56,355 nt of DNA. It comes from an uncultured virus (IMG/VR IMGVR_UViG_3300023174_008090) (taxonomy: Duplodnaviria; Heunggongvirae; Uroviricota; Caudoviricetes). The notes beneath the pieces were generated by a model. The model was not told the DNA's origin, did no database searches, and saw only the letters and a program-made list of their open reading frames with translations. Where the stretch lies: IMG/VR virus record IMGVR_UViG_3300023174_008090, one strand, 5' to 3'. The translations under genes and the position numbers were made by a program. Positions within the stretch are counted from its first letter, which is position 1. Every line of letters starts with the position of its first letter. Of the stretch, positions 31,931 to 40,780 are shown one piece after another.

Positions 31931-32893
31931 ATGCAAGATAAAATTCAATTTATTCCTGAAGAAGACTTAAAAGTTATATCGGTTCCGTTTGCAGCATTAT
32001 CGCAGACTCAAAACTGGGGTATGGCTCTAGCAAATATTCAAGATGTTTGGCAGGTATCTAAGCAAGGTGAAGGTATCAAAGTTGCAGTCCTTGATACTGG
32101 ATTTTCTGAGCACGATGATTTAAAAGAGGCTTGGAATTCTGCTGAAGCTATAAACTGTACACCAGAAGCAAGTGTCAATGATGCAGGAAGTGGACATGGA
32201 GTTCATGTTGCTGGAATTATTGCTGGATCTGACAATGATTTTGGAGTAGTTGGTGTTGCTCCCAAGGCAAAATGTTATGCTATTAGGGTTTTAGACAATA
32301 GTGGTGGTGGAAGTTACGACACAATTGCTGCAGGTTTAAGAAAAGCAATTGATTTAAATGTTGACATCATCAATATGTCATTAGGCGCACCATCTGAACC
32401 ACCATCTTTTATTCATGACTTAATTAAAGAAGCAGTTTCCAAAGGTATTGTAGTTGTTGCAGCAGCTGGAAACGATTCTCATGCAGTAAACTATCCAGCA
32501 AGATACGATGAAGTTATTGCTGTTGCTGCATTGGATGAAAGTGGAAGTTTAGCTACTTTCACATCAAGGGATTTTACAGTGGATATTGTTGCTCCAGGTA
32601 CCAATATTTATTCAACTCACTTGAATAATAACTACTGTAAAATGTCAGGCACAAGTCAAGCATCACCATTTGTTGCTGGTATTTGCGCTCTGATAAAAGC
32701 TGCATTGAAAAATCAAAATCTTCTCCCAGAATTTGGAAATCAATTCTGTCAAGAAGATATGATGATTGCATTAAGAAATATTTCAAGTTTACAAAATGTT
32801 CATGTTCAACCTGGAGAAGAGCAGAATTGGGGGCCTGGTGTTCCTAAACTTGCAAATATTGATTGGTCAACTATCACTGTTAAAAAATCTTAA
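31931..32893 (+). CDS. Subtilisin-family (S8) serine protease without signal peptide
   Basis: Catalytic motifs VAVLDTG, HGVHVAG, AAAGN, SGTSQASP. The ATG at 31931 follows a GAGGTG ribosome-binding site, so it is preferred to the track's GTG at 31922. Confidence 0.95.
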   Translation: MQDKIQFIPEEDLKVISVPFAALSQTQNWGMALANIQDVWQVSKQGEGIKVAVLDTGFSEHDDLKEAWNSAEAINCTPEASVNDAGSGHGVHVAGIIAGSDNDFGVVGVAPKAKCYAIRVLDNSGGGSYDTIAAGLRKAIDLNVDIINMSLGAPSEPPSFIHDLIKEAVSKGIVVVAAAGNDSHAVNYPARYDEVIAVAALDESGSLATFTSRDFTVDIVAPGTNIYSTHLNNNYCKMSGTSQASPFVAGICALIKAALKNQNLLPEFGNQFCQEDMMIALRNISSLQNVHVQPGEEQNWGPGVPKLANIDWSTITVKKS

Positions 32894-32955
32894 TTACGAG
32901 CAAAAAGCTAAAAAAAAGAAATGTCTTCAGCTCCTTTTGTTACAAGAGGTGAAGC

Positions 32956-33414
32956 ATGAAAAAGAGATTAACTGTTTCTTTAGTAATTGGTTGTATCTTG
33001 TTGTTATTAGCATATTTACAGCCTTACAAGTTGGTCGTTGTGGTTGGAAGATCTATGATGCCAACTTATAAGAATGGTCAAATTTTGTTAGCTAAAAAAA
33101 CTAAAGATTTCAAAAAAAGTGATGTTGTAGTTGCTTTGAGTGATGATAGAACTTTGATTGTTAAAAGAATATTATATACTCCAGAAGAATACTATTACTA
33201 CATGTTCAATAAAAATGGTGTATATGAGCTGATTATTGACAATTCGTATCGTCATATTTTAGAAACAAAGAATCATGATGATGCTTATATGATGGAAATG
33301 AAAGTTCCTAAAAAACACTTCTATCTTATTGGAGATAACTTGGGTGAATCTGATGATAGTAGAAGATTTGGAACTGTTGAAGAAAAAGACATTTTGTACA
33401 AAGTAATACAATGA
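32956..33414 (+). CDS. lepB: Signal peptidase I (S26)
   Basis: N-terminal TM helix; GRSMMPT (Ser), IVKR (Lys), GDN...SDDSRRFG; SD GAGGTG. Confidence 0.9.
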   Translation: MKKRLTVSLVIGCILLLLAYLQPYKLVVVVGRSMMPTYKNGQILLAKKTKDFKKSDVVVALSDDRTLIVKRILYTPEEYYYYMFNKNGVYELIIDNSYRHILETKNHDDAYMMEMKVPKKHFYLIGDNLGESDDSRRFGTVEEKDILYKVIQ

Positions 33415-34085
33415 ATTTTAAATTAGATGTAAATTATTTGGATAGTTTGATAAAGACTAGCCAAAGCGCAGAAAAGATTGAAGACCCAATTAAAAAAACA
33501 ATACAATTGGGGCTTCAATCTTCTTGTTCTGTATTTGTAAGATCTGGCAGGAAAAACTGGTCTGGAAGTGGATTTTATATTGGAAATAATATCATTGTCA
33601 CTGCTGGGCATGTAGTTCCAGCTGATGAAACTTTGACAGAAATTCTTGTCTCATTCGATAATAAAAATTTTATTCCAGCCACATTTATAACATCTGATCC
33701 TGGAATTGATTCTGGTGCAGTAAGAGCAGAGAGAATTCCATCAAATATTCCAGCTTTACAATTTGCCAATAGTGATGCAGTAGAAGTGGGTGACATTGTA
33801 GCAGTTATTGGGTCGCCAGAAGGATTTCACGACACTGCCACAGTGGGTAGAATATCTAATCTTCACCAAGCTATTAATGACCCTAATATGCCAGCTTGGA
33901 ATGATATCATTTTTGTAGATGCTGATATTTTAGAGGGTTCTTCTGGTGGTATGGTTATTGGCACAGACAATTTGGTAGTAGGCACTATCATGGGTGTTAC
34001 AGGCCAACATGCTGATATTGGTGTTGGAGAAAATGCTGTTTGTCCATCAAACAAAATATCTAATTTGCTTTCTAAATTAGTATAA
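33411..34085 (+). CDS. Trypsin-like (S1/HtrA-type) serine protease lacking PDZ
   Basis: [14 protein letters not shown] (His), IDSGAV (Asp), [17 protein letters not shown] (Ser); ATGA overlap with the signal peptidase gene. Confidence 0.9.
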   Translation: MNFKLDVNYLDSLIKTSQSAEKIEDPIKKTIQLGLQSSCSVFVRSGRKNWSGSGFYIGNNIIVTAGHVVPADETLTEILVSFDNKNFIPATFITSDPGIDSGAVRAERIPSNIPALQFANSDAVEVGDIVAVIGSPEGFHDTATVGRISNLHQAINDPNMPAWNDIIFVDADILEGSSGGMVIGTDNLVVGTIMGVTGQHADIGVGENAVCPSNKISNLLSKLV

Positions 34086-34086
34086 T
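34081..34086 (+). promoter_or_regulatory. -10 box TATAAT, leaderless dnaJ
   Basis: 6 nt before ATG 34093; no SD. Confidence 0.5.
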
Positions 34087-34092
34087 GACTTT

Positions 34093-35076
34093 ATGTCTAA
34101 TCCTTATGATGTCTTAGGTTTACCGCATAATGCCTCAAAAGATGATGCTAAAAAAGCTTACAGAAAATTAGCAAAAAAATATCATCCTGATGTAAATAAA
34201 GAGCCTGGTGCAGAAGAAAAATTTAAAGAAATATCTCAAGCTTACGAAGATATATTAAATCCTCCACCCCCTCAACATCATTTTGATCCACCAGCAAATC
34301 CATTTAGAAACACACCCCATAATCCATTCCGAAGAAATCTCAACACCCCGATTACAGTTACTATTGAATTGGAATTGGAAGAAATTTATAAAAATGTTGT
34401 GAAGAATCTTAATTATGAAAGATTAACACCATGTGGGGCTTGTTCAGGTATTGGAGGAAGTGGAGAAAAAAATATTTGTATGACTTGCATGGGGTCCGGT
34501 GAGCATTACGTAGTTCAAAATTTAGGATTTGTACATGTTAGAAACTACGCTGGTCCTTGTGGTAGTTGTTATGGAAGAGGCGAAAAATTTGATTCTTTTT
34601 GTAATTACTGCAATGGATCTGGTGCAGTCAAAATGTATGAGAATTTTGATCTCACCATTAATAAAGGACACGTATACAGATCTTCAATGATTAATGGAAG
34701 AGGCAATCATGGTGATATTTATCAAGCTCCAGGTCCACTTATCGTTGAAGTTATCACAAAGCCTAGAGACAAATATGAGATTGATACAAATTTAAATCTC
34801 ATTCATGAGTACGAAATAGATCCTATAATGGCGATCATTAATCCAGAATTCAAGTATGATCATGTAAATGGAAATAAATTAAATTTTAAATTTAATAACA
34901 GTGTTAAAAATGGCTATATACATATAGTCAAGAATAAAGGAATACCGACATCAAATGATACATATTCTGACTTACACCTCAAAATAATGTATAAAGTTCC
35001 TAAAGAAATTTCTGATGAAGAATCACAATTTTTAAAATCATATGTCGAATCTAGAAAAAGGAGGCAAATGTTATGA
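34093..35076 (+). CDS. dnaJ: DnaJ (class A J-protein)
   Basis: J domain with YHPD; four CxxCxGxG motifs; C-terminal substrate-binding domain. Confidence 0.92.
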   Translation: MSNPYDVLGLPHNASKDDAKKAYRKLAKKYHPDVNKEPGAEEKFKEISQAYEDILNPPPPQHHFDPPANPFRNTPHNPFRRNLNTPITVTIELELEEIYKNVVKNLNYERLTPCGACSGIGGSGEKNICMTCMGSGEHYVVQNLGFVHVRNYAGPCGSCYGRGEKFDSFCNYCNGSGAVKMYENFDLTINKGHVYRSSMINGRGNHGDIYQAPGPLIVEVITKPRDKYEIDTNLNLIHEYEIDPIMAIINPEFKYDHVNGNKLNFKFNNSVKNGYIHIVKNKGIPTSNDTYSDLHLKIMYKVPKEISDEESQFLKSYVESRKRRQML

Positions 35077-35291
35077 GTATGGTAAAGAGAGCTACAGGCA
35101 AGATTGAAAAGTTTACAAATGCAGATGGCGAAGAAGTAACCGCAGACAATCTTGTTTGGGCAGATGAAAAGAAAGATGAAACTGTCACCGCACAAATCAA
35201 GGATGAATTAGTTATTCCTTTGACTACAGATATGGATCTTGATCCTAATGCATCTGATGAAGATGACACAATTATCGCAAAGGATTGTTAA
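35073..35291 (+). CDS. Small acidic hypothetical protein
   Basis: 72 aa; AAGGAGG upstream; ATGA overlap with dnaJ. Confidence 0.7.
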   Translation: MSMVKRATGKIEKFTNADGEEVTADNLVWADEKKDETVTAQIKDELVIPLTTDMDLDPNASDEDDTIIAKDC

Positions 35292-35293
35292 TT

Positions 35294-35728
35294 ATGGAAT
35301 TTATTAATCATTTCCTTAAAAACACTCAAAATGAAATTATTCTTTATGTAATATGTTTCATTCTTGGAAGTGTAGTCTTCTTTTTCTTGGCAAAATCAAA
35401 ATCTGAAGGGGCTGCAGCATTACAAACACTTGAAGTAATTAAACTTGTTCTTCGTAGTAAACTTGGTGACAAGGCTGATGGCATCTTAGATATATGGATT
35501 GATGGTTTGAAGAAAATTCAAGATGGAGAATTTTCACAAGATGATGCAGTAGATCAGTTTGTAAGATTTATACGCTTAGGATGTGCTCAAAAGGGCATTG
35601 AGCTTTCTGAAGAAGATGTTGACAAGATTCATATGCTTGTACTTTCTACATTGGAAACATTTGTAGGCAAGAAGCCAAAGCAAATTGAAATTGCAGTTAA
35701 TAAATTCAACGCAATGAATAATCGTTAA
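35294..35728 (+). CDS. Single-TM membrane protein (holin-like role possible, unproven)
   Basis: TM segment IILYVICFILGSVVFFFLA followed by a helical soluble domain. ATG at 35294 after AAGGA preferred; the track starts at 35285. Confidence 0.6.
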   Translation: MEFINHFLKNTQNEIILYVICFILGSVVFFFLAKSKSEGAAALQTLEVIKLVLRSKLGDKADGILDIWIDGLKKIQDGEFSQDDAVDQFVRFIRLGCAQKGIELSEEDVDKIHMLVLSTLETFVGKKPKQIEIAVNKFNAMNNR

Positions 35729-35743
35729 AACGAATTTTCCTTG

Positions 35744-35781
35744 AACAACCATTTTCGTGGCGTCACGAAAATGGTTGTTTT
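35744..35781 (+). terminator. Rho-independent terminator-like hairpin
   Basis: Perfect 16-bp inverted repeat AACAACCATTTTCGTG-gcgt-CACGAAAATGGTTGTT ending in a T run, just after the stop at 35728. Confidence 0.8.
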
Positions 35782-35787
35782 GCTTAA

Positions 35788-35796
35788 TGGTATACT
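35788..35796 (+). promoter_or_regulatory. Extended -10 TGgTATACT, leaderless helicase
   Basis: Follows the terminator; 7 nt before ATG 35804. Confidence 0.55.
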
Positions 35797-35803
35797 GGCA
35801 ATT

Positions 35804-37570
35804 ATGGTAGAAATTGAAGTTTACAATGATAAAAGTGTGATCATTTACCATGATGATCCTATGGGCAAATTGCCTTATTCATATCAGGAAGCTCTGAGAA
35901 ACGAATTATCATATAAAGTTCCAGATTCTGAATGGTCTGCTAAATATAAAACTGGTCTGTGGGATGGAAAAATTTCTTTATATGTGAAAAGAAATCAATC
36001 ATTTCCCACTGGTCTTACAATGCGTGTTGCTCGTTTACTTGAAGAATTAAACTTGAAATATAAATTTACAGACAAAAGAGAAAAACCAGTAAGAGATTAC
36101 AAAATTGAATGTAATTTCATGGGAAAAGATCTTCGTGATTACCAAATGATTTCAGGAGATTTAGCACTTAAAAATCAACGTGGTATGCTTGCTCTCGCCA
36201 CTGGTGCTGGAAAAACTATGACTTCTTGTTATATTTTCCATAAATTGAAAGTGAAGCCAGTAGTATTTATTGTTCCAGCCATTGAATTGCTCAAACAAAC
36301 TCAAAAAGAGTTTGAGAAATATCTTAAGATTGATGGTCAGCCTGTCAAAGTTGGTATTGCTGGAGGTGGTCTATGCGATATCAACATGGAAGGCATCAAT
36401 GTCATAACCTATCAAACTGCACTTATTGCTTTTGACAAGAAATATATGGAAAGCAATAACAAAATAGTTGAAGATACTGGAGAAGGTTCAAAGCCTACTG
36501 GATTGTTGCAAAAAGAATTAGATGAAGCTACTGCCAAATACAAAAAAGCACGTCAAATTGCATCAGGAAAACTTTCTGATTTATATGTCCAAGTTGAAAC
36601 AGCAGAAGAAAATCAATCCAAAGATGCAGAAAAATTACGAAAAAAGTATGAACGTGAAATCAGTTTGTTAATTAAGACTGAATTAGCCGCATATAAGAAA
36701 GCACAAACAGCTTGGGATAATAGACAAGATACATTATTTCAAAAAGCACAAGTAAGAAACGTAATTCAATGCTGTAATGCCTTGATTATTGATGAAGCAC
36801 ACCTAGCTGCCGTAGTAACTGAAGAAATAGGAAATCAAGCTAAAAATGCTTATTATAGGCTTGGTTTGAGTGCTACACCTTTTCGTACTGACAATCAAGA
36901 AATAAGAATTGAAGGCACTTTGGGTGGAAAGGTCTGTGAAGTAAGTGCTAGTGACCTTGTAGAGCGTGGATTTTTAGTTCCTCCTAAGATTTTTGTAGTA
37001 AATATAAATACTGTTGAACCTGGTCAGACATATCATGAAGTTTACAATTTAAATATTGTAAATTGCTGGGAAAGAAATTTTAGAATCAAACAATTTGCTG
37101 AAGGTATGAAAGCAAAAGGCATACCTACACTCATTCTTGTGGAAAGAATGGAGCATGGCAATATTTTAGAAGGAATGATAGAAGATGCTGTGTTTGTTCC
37201 AGGTGGTGATAAGGGCGAAGTAGATCCAACTGACGAGGAAAAGAATTATCGTAGAAGAATGCTTAATGCTGTTGAGAATAATGAAATAGTCTTGATAGCA
37301 ACTCAATGGGCAAATGTTGGTGTTGATGCTCCTAAGATTGCTTGTTTAATTTTGGCTGGTACAAGTTCATCACCAGTAACTACATATCAGCAAGTTGGTA
37401 GAGTGCTCCGTTGTGTAGGAAAAAATGTTGAGGACTCTATTAAAAACGGAAAACCTGAAGCTATTATTATTGATTTTGCTTCAAGTCATAAGAATTTGAG
37501 ATCTCACGTAAATATGAGGAAGAAAGTATATAAGAACGAACGTGCTTGGAAAATGTATGAATTGAAATAA
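35804..37570 (+). CDS. SF2 DEAH helicase, UvsW/type III-Res-like, with large coiled-coil insertion
   Basis: LRDYQ, ATGAGKT, IIDEAH, LSATP, GVDAP, QQVGRVLR. The track start (35741) runs through the terminator hairpin, so ATG 35804 (MVEIEV) is preferred. Confidence 0.88.
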   Translation: MVEIEVYNDKSVIIYHDDPMGKLPYSYQEALRNELSYKVPDSEWSAKYKTGLWDGKISLYVKRNQSFPTGLTMRVARLLEELNLKYKFTDKREKPVRDYKIECNFMGKDLRDYQMISGDLALKNQRGMLALATGAGKTMTSCYIFHKLKVKPVVFIVPAIELLKQTQKEFEKYLKIDGQPVKVGIAGGGLCDINMEGINVITYQTALIAFDKKYMESNNKIVEDTGEGSKPTGLLQKELDEATAKYKKARQIASGKLSDLYVQVETAEENQSKDAEKLRKKYEREISLLIKTELAAYKKAQTAWDNRQDTLFQKAQVRNVIQCCNALIIDEAHLAAVVTEEIGNQAKNAYYRLGLSATPFRTDNQEIRIEGTLGGKVCEVSASDLVERGFLVPPKIFVVNINTVEPGQTYHEVYNLNIVNCWERNFRIKQFAEGMKAKGIPTLILVERMEHGNILEGMIEDAVFVPGGDKGEVDPTDEEKNYRRRMLNAVENNEIVLIATQWANVGVDAPKIACLILAGTSSSPVTTYQQVGRVLRCVGKNVEDSIKNGKPEAIIIDFASSHKNLRSHVNMRKKVYKNERAWKMYELK

Positions 37571-37590
37571 TCTACGTCGTTGTAGATTAT
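37567..37590. terminator. Hairpin between convergent genes (possible bidirectional terminator)
   Basis: ATAATCTAC-gtcgtt-GTAGATTAT, overlapping the helicase stop codon. Confidence 0.5.
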
Positions 37591-37598
37591 AAGTTACC

Positions 37599-37670
37599 TT
37601 ACAATTCTACACTGAATAAAGCTGAAATAACTTGATTCATCATTTCTTCTAACTGTTCAAAAATTTTCAT
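37599..37670 (-). CDS. Unannotated 23-aa peptide MKIFEQLEEMMNQVISALFSVEL
   Basis: Perfect SD AAGGAGG (37677-37683) 6 nt before the ATG; TATACT at 37733-37738 upstream; hairpin just downstream. Confidence 0.55.
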   Translation of the reverse strand: MKIFEQLEEMMNQVISALFSVEL

Positions 37671-37687
37671 AATTAACCTCCTTACAC

Positions 37688-37729
37688 AAAAATAGTCCAC
37701 TGGCCTGAATTTATCCACCAGTGGACTAT
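37688..37729 (-). terminator. 12-bp hairpin with U-tract on the minus strand, directly upstream of the peptide SD
   Basis: ATAGTCCACTGG (37692-37703) and CCAGTGGACTAT (37718-37729); reads ...GGACTATTTTTG on the minus strand. Confidence 0.55.
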
Positions 37730-37838
37730 AATAGTATACAGCATAGAGGGTTTCTTATCCTATTAAGGTTTCTTAATAAAAGTTAGGATATGTTTTGCAA
37801 GGAATAATAAAGTGCTTATTGCGCATTGGAGGTGTGCT

Positions 37839-38192
37839 ATGTTTCATCAAACCATCGTCGGCAAACCTAAATGTTGTCTTAATCGTAATTGCAAAGCTCA
37901 ATTTACAAAAGCCTCTCATCTTGGTTGGCTTCCTAAATCAGAAGTTGAAGTATATGCAGTTATGAGATGCCCAAAATGTAAAGACACATTTGCGGTGACA
38001 CAACTTATGTCTATGGCTCACGATTATAGATCAGATTTGCCTAAAGACGAGAGTAAATTATCTCCTAATGGGCCAATAACAAAAAAAGAAACATTGGACT
38101 TTAAGAAAAAGCTGGAAAATAAAGATTCTTTGAAAGAATTAATGGAAGGATATGTTCCTGGAGGTACTGTTTTACCAGACGACTCAGAATAA
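37839..38192 (+). CDS. Putative Zn-binding hypothetical protein
   Basis: CCLNRNC...CPKC. SD GGAGGTG precedes ATG 37839, preferred over 37812. Confidence 0.7.
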   Translation: MFHQTIVGKPKCCLNRNCKAQFTKASHLGWLPKSEVEVYAVMRCPKCKDTFAVTQLMSMAHDYRSDLPKDESKLSPNGPITKKETLDFKKKLENKDSLKELMEGYVPGGTVLPDDSE

Positions 38193-38194
38193 TG

Positions 38195-38200
38195 TACAAT
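38195..38200 (+). promoter_or_regulatory. -10 box TACAAT, leaderless dnaK
   Basis: 7 nt before ATG 38208; no SD. Confidence 0.5.
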
Positions 38201-38207
38201 TATTCTT

Positions 38208-39899
38208 ATGAGTTATGCTATTGGAATTGATTTAGGAAGTACTTTTAGTGTAGTTTCTTATGTAAATGAGAACGATCAAGCAGAAGTTATTCCAAATGAT
38301 TTAGGCGAAAGAATAACTCCAAGTGTTGTATCATTTGGAGATGAAGTATATGTAGGGCAATATGCTGTTGATATGGAGCAGCATTTGCCCTTTTCTCATA
38401 CTATACGTGTCGTTAAAAGACATATGGGTACTAATAAGAGATTTGTCATTCAAGATAAATCTTACAGCCCAGAAGAAATTTCATCTTATATCTTAAAATA
38501 TCTCAAAAATTGCGCAGAAAGACATTTGGGCTCTGAAGTAACCGAAGCTGTCATCACTGTCCCTGCTTATTTTAACAACGACCAGAGACAATCAACTAAA
38601 ACAGCTGGAGAATTGGCTGGACTTAAGGTTCTGCGTATTATCAATGAACCTACAGCTGCATCTTTGGCATATGGTTTAGATAAGAAAAATGATGCCACTA
38701 TTCTCGTTTATGACTTAGGTGGTGGAACATTTGATGTCACATTGCTTAAACTTATGGATGGTGTTGATTTTCATGTTCAATCTACATCAGGTAATACTTC
38801 TCTTGGTGGTGTAGATTTTGATTCTGCTATAAGTGAAATCATATCCAAAAGAACTCCAAATACATTAGAACCTGCTGAATTGAGAAACATATCAGAAAAA
38901 GCTAAAAAAATGCTTTCTCATATGACAGTGGCAAATGTTATGGTTGGAAAAGAGCCAACAAAAATTACTCGTGAAGAATTTGAAGATTCTATCAAGCATT
39001 TTATTGACAAGACGATGGTTTGTGTAAATGATGCTTTAAGAGATGGAAATGTAAAAACAGATCAAATTGATGAAGTTGTTTTTGTTGGTGGAAGTACAAG
39101 AATTCCGCTCATTGAAAAAGTTATTCAAGAAAAGTTCGGAAAAAAGCCAAATAAGTCAATAAATCCTGATGAAGCTGTTTCTATAGGTGCAGCAATACAA
39201 GCATCAGTTTTGACAGGAAAATCAAGCCGAGAAGTGTTTCTTTTAGATGTTTGTCCTCTTTCACTTGGTGTGGAAACCCAAGGTGGAATTATGAGTGTGT
39301 TGATTCCAAGAAATACACAAGTTCCAGCAGTTATTAAGGAAATCTTTACAACTGCATTTGATGATCAAACTTCTGTAGATGTAAAAATTTATCAAGGTGA
39401 AAGACCAAAGACGGTTGACAATTTATGCCTTGGTGAATTTAAGCTTGATGGTATAGATAAGAAGCCAAGAGGAGTGCCAAAAATTGAAGTTGCTTTTGAA
39501 ATTGATGCAAATGGTATACTTTCAGTCAAGGCTCAAGATTTAGACACTGGGGTCAATAAAGACATTGAGATTACTGGGCAAGCATCGTTATCAAATGAAG
39601 AGATATCAAAAATTATTAACGACGCACAAAAACACAAAGACGAAGATGAACGCTTTAGAAAGATTACAAATATGCACGATCTTCTATATGATTGCGAAAT
39701 TCAAATTGAAGAATTACTTAGAACAAATGTACTAAGCAAAGATGATACAAATGACCTTTTGGATTTAAAGTATTCTATAAAAGAAGATGGTAAAAGTCAA
39801 AATATAGAACTACTATCTAGTCTTATAGAATCTGCTAAAGATACTTTGAAAGAAAAGTCTTTATTAGTTCATGAAGTTGCAAAAGAGAAGATGAAATGA
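38208..39899 (+). CDS. dnaK: Hsp70/DnaK-family chaperone (divergent, 563 aa)
   Basis: GIDLGSTFS, TPSVV, AVITVPAYFN, RIINEPTAA, VYDLGGGTFD, VGGSTRIP, NPDEAV, LLDVCPLSLG, EIDANGIL. Confidence 0.93.
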   Translation: MSYAIGIDLGSTFSVVSYVNENDQAEVIPNDLGERITPSVVSFGDEVYVGQYAVDMEQHLPFSHTIRVVKRHMGTNKRFVIQDKSYSPEEISSYILKYLKNCAERHLGSEVTEAVITVPAYFNNDQRQSTKTAGELAGLKVLRIINEPTAASLAYGLDKKNDATILVYDLGGGTFDVTLLKLMDGVDFHVQSTSGNTSLGGVDFDSAISEIISKRTPNTLEPAELRNISEKAKKMLSHMTVANVMVGKEPTKITREEFEDSIKHFIDKTMVCVNDALRDGNVKTDQIDEVVFVGGSTRIPLIEKVIQEKFGKKPNKSINPDEAVSIGAAIQASVLTGKSSREVFLLDVCPLSLGVETQGGIMSVLIPRNTQVPAVIKEIFTTAFDDQTSVDVKIYQGERPKTVDNLCLGEFKLDGIDKKPRGVPKIEVAFEIDANGILSVKAQDLDTGVNKDIEITGQASLSNEEISKIINDAQKHKDEDERFRKITNMHDLLYDCEIQIEELLRTNVLSKDDTNDLLDLKYSIKEDGKSQNIELLSSLIESAKDTLKEKSLLVHEVAKEKMK

Positions 39900-40291
39900 A
39901 AATTGTTGGAATGTGGGCATCGATAGTTTGTGCAATACACTGTACTGTAGTGCCTCTGCTTGCCATATTAATTCCAACAACGGGAGTCTATTTGTTTATA
40001 AATGAGACTTTTGAATTTGTCTTACTTGCATTTTCTTTAATATTTAATATAACAAATATTTGTTTTGGATACAGACAGCATAAATCAAACAAAGCGGTAG
40101 CAGTATTAGCTTTGGGATTATTTTTATTTGTAGTTGGAAGATTATTACATCACCATAACCATCATAATGGATTTCCATTTGATTTATTCAATCTTTTCAT
40201 GGTTTTAGGTGGAATTTTGATGGCTTTATCATCCTTGATGAATGACAGAATGTGCAGACATTGTAAAACTTGTGAGACGAAAAATGAGTGA
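39896..40291 (+). CDS. MerC-domain membrane protein
   Basis: ASIVCAIHC..VP motif in the first TM; 4 TM segments; GYRQH; HHHNHH loop; C-terminal CRHCKTC. Confidence 0.8.
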   Translation: MKIVGMWASIVCAIHCTVVPLLAILIPTTGVYLFINETFEFVLLAFSLIFNITNICFGYRQHKSNKAVAVLALGLFLFVVGRLLHHHNHHNGFPFDLFNLFMVLGGILMALSSLMNDRMCRHCKTCETKNE

Positions 40292-40775
40292 TAAAAAAAT
40301 AGATAGGCATTCGCTAGACAACAGTGACCGTTACGAGCTTATACCTATCTTAGTTGAAAGTGTTGTTGTAAATCCCGAAGAAAGATCTTTTGTTGTATTG
40401 AGTGATGGAGACAAAAAATCTGTTGTTGAAATTAATTCTTTTGAATCTGGAATGCTAACATTTGTAGCCAAAGATTATCATAAGAATTCTCATATACAAA
40501 CAATACATCAGACATTTATCAAACTTTTAGAAATCTATAAATCTAATGTTGTTAGTGTTGAAATTGAAAATAAAGTTGGTGATGTAGTATATACATCAGT
40601 GAAATTTTTAGATAAAAATTTGAATAATTTTTATATGATAATGTCTTTGTGTGATGGAATTATCTTGTCCATATTATCCCAAACCAACCTTAATATAGTT
40701 GCTAATGTTTGGGATAATATGGAGCCTTTAGATGAAGACTGGGACTACGAGAATTTTATGTTTGACGAAGACTAA
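40284..40775 (+). CDS. Divergent bifunctional nuclease (BFN/DUF151)-like protein
   Basis: Pattern FVVLSD...VEINSFES...TIHQTF...VVSVEI...VVYTSV...CDGIILSI parallels DUF151 (LPIWIG.FEA...THDL...FYA.L...SDAIALA). ATG 40284 preferred over 40242. Confidence 0.55.
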   Translation: MSDKKIDRHSLDNSDRYELIPILVESVVVNPEERSFVVLSDGDKKSVVEINSFESGMLTFVAKDYHKNSHIQTIHQTFIKLLEIYKSNVVSVEIENKVGDVVYTSVKFLDKNLNNFYMIMSLCDGIILSILSQTNLNIVANVWDNMEPLDEDWDYENFMFDED

Positions 40776-40780
40776 TCTAA

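Noticed and set aside
35741..35803. N-terminal extension of the helicase given by the ORF track
   Set aside because: It spans a perfect terminator hairpin and an extended -10 box; ATG 35804 is more plausible.
39896..40291. Mercury resistance operon
   Set aside because: Only a MerC-like domain is present; no merR, merA, merT or merP.
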